A DNA stretch of 64,000 bases from Dehalococcoidia bacterium (GTDB lineage Bacteria > Chloroflexota > Dehalococcoidia > Bin125): positions 480,001-544,000 of the forward strand of contig CAXXRD010000001.1 of NCBI GenBank assembly GCA_963663895.2, given 5' to 3'. The notes beneath the pieces are model-generated. The model searched no databases and was not told the DNA's origin. It was given only the letters and a program-made list of their open reading frames with translations. A program made the translations under genes and the position numbers. Positions 21,314 to 29,387 of the stretch are shown here, one piece after another. Numbering within the stretch: the first letter of the stretch is position 1; every line of letters begins with the position of its first letter.

Positions 21314-21390
21314 TCGCCTGAGCACTGCGCAGGCCACCCGAATCAGTTCGCAGTACAGTCCGTCACGACCGGAAATCGTGAGCTTACACG
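21314..21390. repeat. ~75-bp direct repeat copy A (partner 24908-24978), containing an inverted copy of ACGTACTGTACTGCGAACT and att-like site 2
   Basis: TCGCCTGAGCACTGC...GTTCGCAGTACAGTCCGTCACG..CGGAAATCGTGAGC.TAC.CG is shared; 21345-21363 is the inverted repeat of 21226-21244 (18/19). Confidence 0.88.
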
Positions 21391-21449
21391 TTACCCAACT
21401 CAGCCAATCTCTCCGATCTCAGCCTCCGGCCCATCTGAGGCGCTCAGGG

Positions 21450-22019
21450 TCAACGCAGCGCCGTCGAGCTGATCCGTTTAAGAACCTCGGCCTTGACCAT
21501 CGAGATCGCTTCATCGAGCAGTTGATCAAGGTATTCGATGCTGCCCTGCTGGGCAGGTTCAGCCGTAAGAGCGACACCGAAGTGTGACCTCGGGAGCGGG
21601 TTAGCGGCTGCCTTCACATGCAAGTGAGGCAAGTTGCTGTACCCGCTCCCGTCCCCTACCGAATGCCAATGGAACGCTACTATCTCCTTCGGTTCCTCGT
21701 CTCGGCCGCGATGCTGCAGCAGATGGAAGTACACGCTCTGGAGCCTGAACTCTTGCGCATCGTGGCGTGTGGGTCTCCAACGCTCACCGTATTGACAAAC
21801 TAGAGAATCCACACTTGACGGGAAGCTCCAGCGTCGAACATCGCTTGTAAGTTGTTCGCCAGATCTGACCGCGAGAACGAACTCCTCGGACGTCGATTTG
21901 GGCTCGACATAGAGGTGTGCATCAGAGACTACTTGGAGCCGTTTCCTGATCCCACTCCGGCGCTCTTGCCTTAGGGACTGTGCGTCGCAAACTACGTTCG
22001 GCACTGCAGGGCCAGTCAA
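21450..22019 (-). CDS. Uncharacterised protein with FHWH...PHLHV histidine motif, directly downstream of the MTase
   Basis: ORF abuts the MTase stop (22020); same atypical, lower-GC composition; start uncertain. Confidence 0.65.
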   Translation of the reverse strand: MTGPAVPNVVCDAQSLRQERRSGIRKRLQVVSDAHLYVEPKSTSEEFVLAVRSGEQLTSDVRRWSFPSSVDSLVCQYGERWRPTRHDAQEFRLQSVYFHLLQHRGRDEEPKEIVAFHWHSVGDGSGYSNLPHLHVKAAANPLPRSHFGVALTAEPAQQGSIEYLDQLLDEAISMVKAEVLKRISSTALR

Positions 22020-24650
22020 CTATCCGAAGGGTGTCCCAGGCTTCAGCAGCGCGATCTCTTCGTCAGACAGATCGTACAACTTGCGCAAAACCAAATCGTC
22101 AAGGGCCGTCTCTGCGCTCAGATCAACATCCTCCGACGCGCCCAACAATTTCCGTACGGAGGCGATCACGCTTCGGACGTGAACTTGTGGAACACGCGCC
22201 AAGTCAGGAATCGGCAGGCGGCGGAGTAGCGCGACCCCGATCTTGTTGTACCCGTCGCGGTACTTTCTTGAGTTCATATCTAGGAACCAGGCCGACGCAC
22301 TCGAATTCAACACCGCCGCGAGCACCAGCAACAGCTCCTCGTCCATGGGATCGGTTCGCGCACGAACGAACGGAGAGTGGCTGACTACCCATCGCCCGTC
22401 GGTATCGAGTCCGAACCGGGGAACCAGAGAGACCTCCGGAACTACGACTTTCGGCGCAAGCATTTCATACGGTGGACGAGGCCTCGTCGGCCGCCACCAG
22501 TCCGTGCTCGCTGATGCCACTGACTTGCGTGAGGAGAGCGTAGCCCTGTTCCCGCTGAGCCGATTCCACGTCACCGGAAACTCCGCTTCGAGTTGCGACT
22601 CGGTCACCGCCTCGCCATCAATGTAGGGGTAGAACACCCGTCTGCCCGTCTCCTCCGGCAGCACGAAGCGACCGATCATCCTGTCAGGAAGAAGAGGTCT
22701 GTACAGTGCTTCCTCACCGGGGGGCACGTCGTCAGAGTCGATCACGAAGACTTCGTCGGCACCCGTGATAGCACCCTGTCGCACCACCGCAACATCGTTG
22801 AGCCGCGGCATAGCTTCTAGTCTCGCGAGGAGACTGGACTCTTCAGGCGTCGCAACCGACCACGTCGGGCGTGCGAGCATCTCCTGTGGAGCTTCAAAAA
22901 TGAAGTACGACGAAGTTCGGCGGTGGTTCCCATCCAAGAAGTCCTCGAGCGCCAGTCCAACATCGCGCTGGCACCGAATCAGCGCGACCGGCGGTTCGTT
23001 CTGATCAGGAGCCCCCTTCCGTTGAACAACGAGTAAAGCGATGTAGACATCTGCCCTGAAGACCCGGATCGCCGAGAGGTCTGCAATCACATGGACCCAG
23101 GCTTCCTCCCGAATCCAGTGGCGGAGCGACCTGAGATTGTCTGAAGTCAGCAGGGGTTGAGGCACTACGAAGAAGCCATACCCACCCGGCCGCAACGCCC
23201 GGATCGAAAACACCAAGAAGGCCAAGTACGTGTCTAGCTTGCCCTTCCCTGCAGTACCAACATGGCCTGCAATAGCCTGTCTCACATCCTCCGGCTGAGA
23301 CTCGGTTCGGACGAATGGCGGGTTCGCCATTACCACATCAAATGTGAGGTCGCGTTGCGCTGACTCCGAGGCAAATCTCCGAATAGAGTCACCAAACTGC
23401 ACAGGAACATCTGTCGGCAATTCGCCGCAAGCAGCGAGATACAAGAGCGCTAGAGAGAGCCGGGATGCCGCAACTGCGTTCTCATCCACATCTATGCCCA
23501 ACAGCGACTCCAACGCAGCTCTCGCATCTTCCGCAGGATCGCGCCGGCTAGCGAGCAATTTCTGCTCCATAACAGCCCGCAGAAACACACCTGATCCGCA
23601 CGCAGGATCTGCGACAAGGGCGTCGAGAAAATGATCTCCTGGCAGCTGACGCCGAAGGTATTTTGCAAAGAAGCTTGCAATATACTGAGGCGTATATATT
23701 CCCCCCAATTGTTTATTCCACGACTCTTCATGAGTTGACGGAAACAGAGAAAACTGAATGGACTCCTCGTGTTGCATCACCGCTACATACCGCTCATAGA
23801 TCTTGCTCAGTGCATGCCTGGACATAACTGAGAAGTCATACTGGTACGGAACTGCGTCGTGACGATAGAAGGCATCAATGAGTGCCTTGCGGCTGCCTTT
23901 AGACAGCTGATCAAATGATGCGAGGGCAGCATGGTCGAACAAATCTCGGGAGACTCGTGACTCCGGCCGGTCTCCTAGAGACTGTGAGATGGCATCTGCG
24001 ATGCTCAGGTTGTGATCTGAAATAAGATCGCTCAAGGAGCTCGCGGGAGCTTCGCTTGTTGTTCTCGAATAGAAATCTTCCACTGCCCGCGCAAGGATGA
24101 TGGCGTTGAAGAGGGCGGAAACCGACGTAGAGATGGCGGCTGGTCCGAGTTCAAGGCGGAGAATCTTCCGCCAAGTAGATATCGTGTCGAGAAGCGCACC
24201 ATCAAGGGAAAGGAGGTTCGGATTGGGCGCCTGCCCGACGGCTTCGTCGAATACCTGCCTAGTGAGAGCCGACTCGTCAGCTTCACTGAATCTGGTAGTT
24301 AGCGTCGGCCCCGGCGGATCAGTGCGGTTGTAAAAGTACTGGATCGACTCCTGATCAATCCAGACGTGCCAATCGACCAAGCTATTGTAGGAAAGCCCAA
24401 GGATGCCCAATACCTCGTCAGCACGGATGTCTTCCAACCGCCGATGCGAAGGCAGAAATGACAGCATCGCCGCGTTGTCCAAGCCTTGCTCGACAATGAG
24501 ATTGGCCGCGGGTAGAGCGTTCGGAACTTCGACGAAATCGTTCGGACGCCAGCCGAAGTAACGAGAGAAGCTCTCGGCAGCCTCACGCTTCCGGGCAGCC
24601 GACTCAACAGGATCAGTCAGAGCCTGGACCAAGTCGCTGGCAGGGCTCAT
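22020..24650 (-). CDS. Large gamma-class N6-adenine DNA methyltransferase (Eco57I/TaqI-like, type IIG-like architecture)
   Basis: GIYTPQYI, motif I DPACGSG.FL, motif IV NPPF, TaqI-C-like TRD (QGAITGAD, LAAVLNS, LRRLPIP, LYDLS.EEI). Confidence 0.88.
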   Translation of the reverse strand: MSPASDLVQALTDPVESAARKREAAESFSRYFGWRPNDFVEVPNALPAANLIVEQGLDNAAMLSFLPSHRRLEDIRADEVLGILGLSYNSLVDWHVWIDQESIQYFYNRTDPPGPTLTTRFSEADESALTRQVFDEAVGQAPNPNLLSLDGALLDTISTWRKILRLELGPAAISTSVSALFNAIILARAVEDFYSRTTSEAPASSLSDLISDHNLSIADAISQSLGDRPESRVSRDLFDHAALASFDQLSKGSRKALIDAFYRHDAVPYQYDFSVMSRHALSKIYERYVAVMQHEESIQFSLFPSTHEESWNKQLGGIYTPQYIASFFAKYLRRQLPGDHFLDALVADPACGSGVFLRAVMEQKLLASRRDPAEDARAALESLLGIDVDENAVAASRLSLALLYLAACGELPTDVPVQFGDSIRRFASESAQRDLTFDVVMANPPFVRTESQPEDVRQAIAGHVGTAGKGKLDTYLAFLVFSIRALRPGGYGFFVVPQPLLTSDNLRSLRHWIREEAWVHVIADLSAIRVFRADVYIALLVVQRKGAPDQNEPPVALIRCQRDVGLALEDFLDGNHRRTSSYFIFEAPQEMLARPTWSVATPEESSLLARLEAMPRLNDVAVVRQGAITGADEVFVIDSDDVPPGEEALYRPLLPDRMIGRFVLPEETGRRVFYPYIDGEAVTESQLEAEFPVTWNRLSGNRATLSSRKSVASASTDWWRPTRPRPPYEMLAPKVVVPEVSLVPRFGLDTDGRWVVSHSPFVRARTDPMDEELLLVLAAVLNSSASAWFLDMNSRKYRDGYNKIGVALLRRLPIPDLARVPQVHVRSVIASVRKLLGASEDVDLSAETALDDLVLRKLYDLSDEEIALLKPGTPFG

Positions 24651-24907
24651 GAGCGGTCTCCCGAATCTCTCACGCTATCAGACTACGAAAACAGCCAAAT
24701 AGCAATGCGAGTAGGTGCCTCATCAACTTTGGGGGGCCCTCATCACCCGAGCAGCCGTCCCTTGTAAACACCCTGACCCACCTGCGTCCTTTCCGCCGAC
24801 ACCGTCAGTGTTATGGGTACGACAGCTCGTCCATCGTCCTCATCTGGAACGGCTCCGCCGATACCAAGTCCTTTGCCGTCTTACGACGACCTCTTCGGGT
24901 CGAGCTG

Positions 24908-24978
24908 TCGCCTGAGCACTGCCGTGCGAATTGGTTCGCAGTACAGTCCGTCACGGACGGAAATCGTGAGCCTACGCG
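24908..24978. repeat. Direct repeat copy B (partner 21314-21390), att-like site 3
   Basis: TCGCCTGAGCACTGCCGTGCGAATTGGTTCGCAGTACAGTCCGTCACGGACGGAAATCGTGAGCCTACGCG. Confidence 0.88.
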
Positions 24979-25025
24979 GATTCAAAATCCGTGCTCTCCG
25001 ACAGCATCACAGTCACGGGATATGC

Positions 25026-25050
25026 GGAAGCGGATGTCGCATCCGCCTCC
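25026..25050 (-). terminator. Possible terminator hairpin after the minus-strand hydrolase operon
   Basis: GCGGATG-TCG-CATCCGC stem ~25 bp past the stop at 25075; no strong U-tract. Confidence 0.4.
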
Positions 25051-25074
25051 CAAATCCGCTACGCCTTGTGCTGA

Positions 25075-25929
25075 CTAAGCCGCGTGCGCCCGCAAGAACT
25101 CCCGGATCGCGTCGATCGTGCCGCGCAGCTTCGCCGGCGAGCGGCAGTCGACATCCAGGCACTCGGCCCGGGGAGCAAGCTCGCAGATGCGGCGGGAGAT
25201 GCCGGTCGGGTGGAAGGGATCGCTGCCGGGCAGGACCAGCAATGGGGCCGGGCACGTCTTGAGCCACTCTTCGGTCACGGAGAACAGCGGCTCGTCCGGC
25301 GGCCAGATCCCGGCGACGAAGTCCCCGATCAGGGCGATGTACTCCGCGTCGCTCATCGCCAGGATCTGGGCGCGGAAGGCGGGGTCGTCATGGATGCGGC
25401 GCTGGAAGGGGCCGGCGGCGTTGTTCTCGACGAACCAGACGCCGGTCATGGCGGCCTCGACGACCGCCTCCACGCCCCTGGTCCGCGCGAGGGCGAGCGT
25501 GGGGGCGAACATATCTTGGAACACTTGGAGCGAGGTCGAGGCGTCGACGCCGACGGGATCCTGACAGACCGCCGCGCTGATCCGCCCGGGCGCCGCCTGG
25601 ATGATGCGGAGGTTGTAGGCGACGCCGATGCATCCGCCCATCACATGCGCCCGCTCGATCCCCAGATCGTCCAGGACGGCGAGCTGGTCGCCGGCGGTGA
25701 GGTCGTAGCTGAAGGCGGCGGCGGGCGCCGGGCTTTGGCCGGCATGGCGCTGGTCCATGCCGATCACCATGAACTCATCGGCGAAGTCGCGGATGGGGTT
25801 GACGGCGCTGTTGGGCCAGAAGGCGATCTCGCTGTTGACGCCGCCGGGCGCGAACAGCAGCAGGGGATAGCCCCGGCCAAAGACCTCGTAGTGGATGGTG
25901 GCCCCGTCGGGCCGCTGTACCTCCGGCAT
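25075..25929 (-). CDS. Alpha/beta hydrolase with Cys in the nucleophile elbow
   Basis: IHYEV.G.GYPLLL, MDQR.AG.S, G-G-C-I-G elbow, PG.D..H. Confidence 0.85.
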   Translation of the reverse strand: MPEVQRPDGATIHYEVFGRGYPLLLFAPGGVNSEIAFWPNSAVNPIRDFADEFMVIGMDQRHAGQSPAPAAAFSYDLTAGDQLAVLDDLGIERAHVMGGCIGVAYNLRIIQAAPGRISAAVCQDPVGVDASTSLQVFQDMFAPTLALARTRGVEAVVEAAMTGVWFVENNAAGPFQRRIHDDPAFRAQILAMSDAEYIALIGDFVAGIWPPDEPLFSVTEEWLKTCPAPLLVLPGSDPFHPTGISRRICELAPRAECLDVDCRSPAKLRGTIDAIREFLRAHAA

Positions 25930-25945
25930 GCGTCTCTCCGATCCT

Positions 25946-27544
25946 CTAGTTGATCCGGCGCCCGTCCGCCCCGGATTCCTGCCAGCGTGTCTCGCGCAGC
26001 TCGAACTTCTTGAGCTTACCGGTCGCCGTGCGCGGGAGGGCGGCAGCGAACTCGACGCGGGTCGGCGCCTTGAAATGGGCCATGCGGTCGCGGCAGTGGG
26101 CGATGATCTCCTCGGCGGTGGCAGCCGCCCCCTCCCGCAACACGACCACGGCGAGCGGCGTCTCGCCCCAGCGCTCCGAGGGCACGCCGATCACGGCCGC
26201 CTCAAGAACGGCGGGGTGCCCGTACAGCACGTCCTCCACCTCGATCGAGGAGACATTCTCGCCCCCGGTGATGATCATGTCCTTGGCGCGGTCGACGAGG
26301 TTGATGTAGCCGTGCGCATCCACGGTCGCGAGATCGCCGGTGTGGAACCAGCCGTCGACGATGACCTTGGCCGTCTCCTCCGGTTGCTCCCAGTAGCCCT
26401 TGAAGACGACGTTGGATCGCGCGATCACCTCGCCGATCGCGGCATCGTCGGCCGGCACGTCGTTGCCGTCCGCATCGACGACGCGGACCTGCACCCCGAT
26501 GATGTCGTGCCCGGCGCGGACCTTGATGCGGCGGGCGCCATCGTCGTCGACGCCCAGGTAGGGCTTGACCTCGGCCAAGGTGAGCAAGGGCGAGGTCTCC
26601 GTCAGCCCGTAGCCCTGGACGAACTCCCAGCCGAGCTCCGTCTCCAGGCGCTCGATGAATCGCAGCGGTGGCGGCGCGCCCGCGACCACGAAGCGGGGCT
26701 TGGTGGTGACGTGGTATTGGCCGCGGTCGGGATAGTCGAGGATCGCCGCCAGCACGGCGGGCGCCATGCAGGCGAAAGTGATGCCTTCATCCTGCAGCAG
26801 CCGGTAGATCGCCTGCGGGTCGACCTTGCGCAGGACGACGTGCCGCGCGCCCACGGCCGTCAGGGCGAAGGGCCCGCCCCAGCCGTTGGCGTGGAACATG
26901 GGCAGCGTCCACATCTCCACGTCCTCGTTGCCGATGCGGCTGTGGACGAGGAAGTTGTAGGTGTTGAGATAGATGTTGCGATGGGTCAGCATCACTCCCT
27001 TGGGGCGGGCCGTGGTTCCCGACGTGTAGTTGATGCTGTAGAGATCGTTCTCCTCCAAACCGGGATCGGGCGGGGCAGTCGCCGGCCGGCCGGCGATCAG
27101 GTCCTCCCAGTCCCGCCAGCCGTCCGTCAGCGGCGCATCGGCGAAGCGCGCGACGATGAAATGCTCGACCGTGGGAAGCTTGGGCCGCAGATCGTCGATC
27201 ACAGCGGTGTAGTCGGAGTCGACCAGCATCACCTTGGCGCCGACGTGATTGATGATGTAGTCGAAATCATCCGCAATCAGGCGATAGTTCATCGGCACGA
27301 TCACGGCGCCGATCGACGCCACCCCGTAAAACGCCTCAAGGAAATGATGGCTGTTGGGACTGAGAATGCCGACGCGATCGCCCTTGCCCACGCCCAACGC
27401 CGCCAGTCCGTGGCCGAGCTGGTTCGCGCGCGCCCCGAACTCCGCATAGGTCCAGCGCTCGGCGCCGTCGGCGACTGCTTCACTGGGGCCGTAGAGCTTG
27501 ACCGCGCGATTGATGAAGTCGCTGACGAGCAGGGGTACTTCCAC
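25946..27544 (-). CDS. Acyl-CoA synthetase (AMP-binding, fatty-acid CoA ligase type)
   Basis: YTSGTTARPKG, GYGLTET, WFHTGD, DRAKDMIITGGEN, PRTATGK. Confidence 0.93.
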   Translation of the reverse strand: MEVPLLVSDFINRAVKLYGPSEAVADGAERWTYAEFGARANQLGHGLAALGVGKGDRVGILSPNSHHFLEAFYGVASIGAVIVPMNYRLIADDFDYIINHVGAKVMLVDSDYTAVIDDLRPKLPTVEHFIVARFADAPLTDGWRDWEDLIAGRPATAPPDPGLEENDLYSINYTSGTTARPKGVMLTHRNIYLNTYNFLVHSRIGNEDVEMWTLPMFHANGWGGPFALTAVGARHVVLRKVDPQAIYRLLQDEGITFACMAPAVLAAILDYPDRGQYHVTTKPRFVVAGAPPPLRFIERLETELGWEFVQGYGLTETSPLLTLAEVKPYLGVDDDGARRIKVRAGHDIIGVQVRVVDADGNDVPADDAAIGEVIARSNVVFKGYWEQPEETAKVIVDGWFHTGDLATVDAHGYINLVDRAKDMIITGGENVSSIEVEDVLYGHPAVLEAAVIGVPSERWGETPLAVVVLREGAAATAEEIIAHCRDRMAHFKAPTRVEFAAALPRTATGKLKKFELRETRWQESGADGRRIN

Positions 27545-27572
27545 CGTCTCACCTCCACAGGTTGCGAGAATA

Positions 27573-28058
27573 TTACCGTGATCGCGGCGATCCGTTGCTC
27601 TCGGCGGCGGCGACCGCGGCGGCGACGGCAGCGGCGGGCGCGTCGACGCGGATCAGGGGATCGTCGCCGGAACCGTCGTCGACGGTCCAGGTGCCGAGGC
27701 CGACGACCGGGCGCCCGAACTGCAGCGCGAAGGCGATCTCGCTGAGCGTGCCGTAGGATCCGTCGATCGCGATCATGGCGTCGCCGGCGCGTGCCACGAG
27801 GGCGTTCCGCGCCACGCCGAGCCCCGTGGGAATCGCGAACTCCACGTAGGGATTCGCCGCCGCCTCCTCGTCGCCGGGCAGGATGCCGATCGTGTGGCCG
27901 CGCTCGGCGCGCGCGCCGCGGCAGGCCGCCTCCATCACGCCCCCCAACCCGCCGCAGACGAGCGTGTGGCCCCCACGTGCGATCTCCCGGCCGACCGCTT
28001 CCGCCAGCGCCAGCGCGGGCGGAGCAGGCTCCCTTGCCCCCACCACCGCGATGCGCAT
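27573..28058 (-). CDS. LOG/TIGR00725-family nucleotide-binding protein
   Basis: MRIAVVG, CGGLGGVMEA, IGILPG, ARN, GSYGTLSEIA. Confidence 0.88.
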   Translation of the reverse strand: MRIAVVGAREPAPPALALAEAVGREIARGGHTLVCGGLGGVMEAACRGARAERGHTIGILPGDEEAAANPYVEFAIPTGLGVARNALVARAGDAMIAIDGSYGTLSEIAFALQFGRPVVGLGTWTVDDGSGDDPLIRVDAPAAAVAAAVAAAESNGSPRSR

Positions 28059-28074
28059 CGGACCGGTGATCCGG

Positions 28075-29307
28075 CTACGCGCGCAGGGCAGACGGCTGTT
28101 GTTGCGCGGCCGCCTCGCTGACGGGAGCGTCAACCTCGAACGGGTCCTTGAGATCGAGCTCGGCCGCGATCTCGCGCGCGGCGGGAAGCACCTCCCGGCC
28201 CAGCAACTCAATGCAGCGCATCGAGTCTTCGTGGGTCACGAAGCCGTCGTTGCCCCAAATCATGAAGATGCCGGGGCGCGTCGCCTCCATGATCACGCGG
28301 AGCTGCCCGACGACCTGGTCTGGGGTTCCCGCAATGATGCGCAGGTTCTCGACCTGCTGCTCGAAACCGACATCGCGCCTGGCGACGCGCCGCCCGTGGG
28401 CGATCTCGACTAGGACCTGACGCTGCTTGGCCGGGTTGTAGCCCGCAGGAGCGCTCCAGACCGGATGAGCCAGGCCCGTAAACTCCCCCTGCATCCAGGT
28501 GAACTGGCGGGCGTTGGCGAGCGCTTTCTCCTCGGTATCGGCGCAATGCACGCGCAGCAGGTAGCCGCGATGCTCGGGTCCGGGTTGGAAGCCCACCTCC
28601 TCGGCGATCTGGGCGTAGAGCTTCCACACCCTGAGCGTGTCCTCGACGCTGGTGTTGAGACAGACGTAGGGATAGCGGTGCCGCGCCGCCCAGACCACCG
28701 TCTCCCGGCTGGCGATTCCGGGGATCCAGATGCGGGGATGCGGCCGCTGCAACGGCAGCGCCCAGGGGTTCACCACGCGGTTTTGATAGTGCGTGCCCTC
28801 CCAGCGCCAGGGCCCGTGCTCCGTCCAGGTCTTGATGATGAGGTCGTGGGCCTCCTCGAAGCGCTCACGGTTGTAGGCGGGATTCACGCCGATCGCGAGC
28901 TGCTCCGTGCCACCGCCCCGCACGAAACCCGAGACGAGCCGCCCCTGCGAGACGAGGTCGATCATCGCCAGCTCTTCAGCCAAGCGCACCGGGTTCTCCG
29001 TAAGAGGGAGGGGATTGCCGAGGAGCACGATCTTCACGCGCTCCGTGATGGCGGCCAAGATCGACGCGAAGATATTGCACTTGGATTGCATGCAGAAGGG
29101 CGCGTTGTGGTGCTCGTTGAGCATGATCCCGTCGAAGCCGACTTCCTCGACGAGCTTGTACTCGGTGATCCGGTCTTGGTAGAGCTGGCTGGCCGCGTCG
29201 CGATCGTAAAAGCGGTTGGAGAACATCAGAGCCGTATGCCCGGCTTTGCGGCCTTCCTCCTCGGGATAGGCCGACATGGGCTGCTCAGTGAAATAGGCGA
29301 GGTGCAC
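28075..29307 (-). CDS. Luciferase-like (LLM) flavin-dependent oxidoreductase, paralogue 2
   Basis: GFDGIMLNEHH, PVRLAEELAMID, GRLVSGFVRG, PLQRPHPRIW. Confidence 0.92.
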   Translation of the reverse strand: MHLAYFTEQPMSAYPEEEGRKAGHTALMFSNRFYDRDAASQLYQDRITEYKLVEEVGFDGIMLNEHHNAPFCMQSKCNIFASILAAITERVKIVLLGNPLPLTENPVRLAEELAMIDLVSQGRLVSGFVRGGGTEQLAIGVNPAYNRERFEEAHDLIIKTWTEHGPWRWEGTHYQNRVVNPWALPLQRPHPRIWIPGIASRETVVWAARHRYPYVCLNTSVEDTLRVWKLYAQIAEEVGFQPGPEHRGYLLRVHCADTEEKALANARQFTWMQGEFTGLAHPVWSAPAGYNPAKQRQVLVEIAHGRRVARRDVGFEQQVENLRIIAGTPDQVVGQLRVIMEATRPGIFMIWGNDGFVTHEDSMRCIELLGREVLPAAREIAAELDLKDPFEVDAPVSEAAAQQQPSALRA

Positions 29308-29387
29308 TGGGGGCGTCCCTCCCGCTACGGCGGCCGCGCCAGGATGGTAGCGCGAGGAGCCGCCGAGGGCGCAACGGGGTCCAGCTG

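Larger units (their letters stand above)
21222..24972. mobile_element. Putative integrated cassette array (empty 162-bp module plus 3.6-kb MTase module) bounded by att-like sites
   Basis: Lies between convergent host genes; visibly lower GC; repeated ends; no recombinase inside. The mobile nature is inferred. Confidence 0.6.

Noticed and set aside
21217-24978. CRISPR array or canonical integron attC sites
   Set aside because: Few copies, irregular spacing and no cas or intI gene; the ends are TGCGAAC/GTTCGCA, not RYYYAAC/GTTRRRY.
24976-24992. Functional tRNA (anticodon-like hairpin)
   Set aside because: No contiguous T-arm or acceptor stem; kept only as a possible relic.
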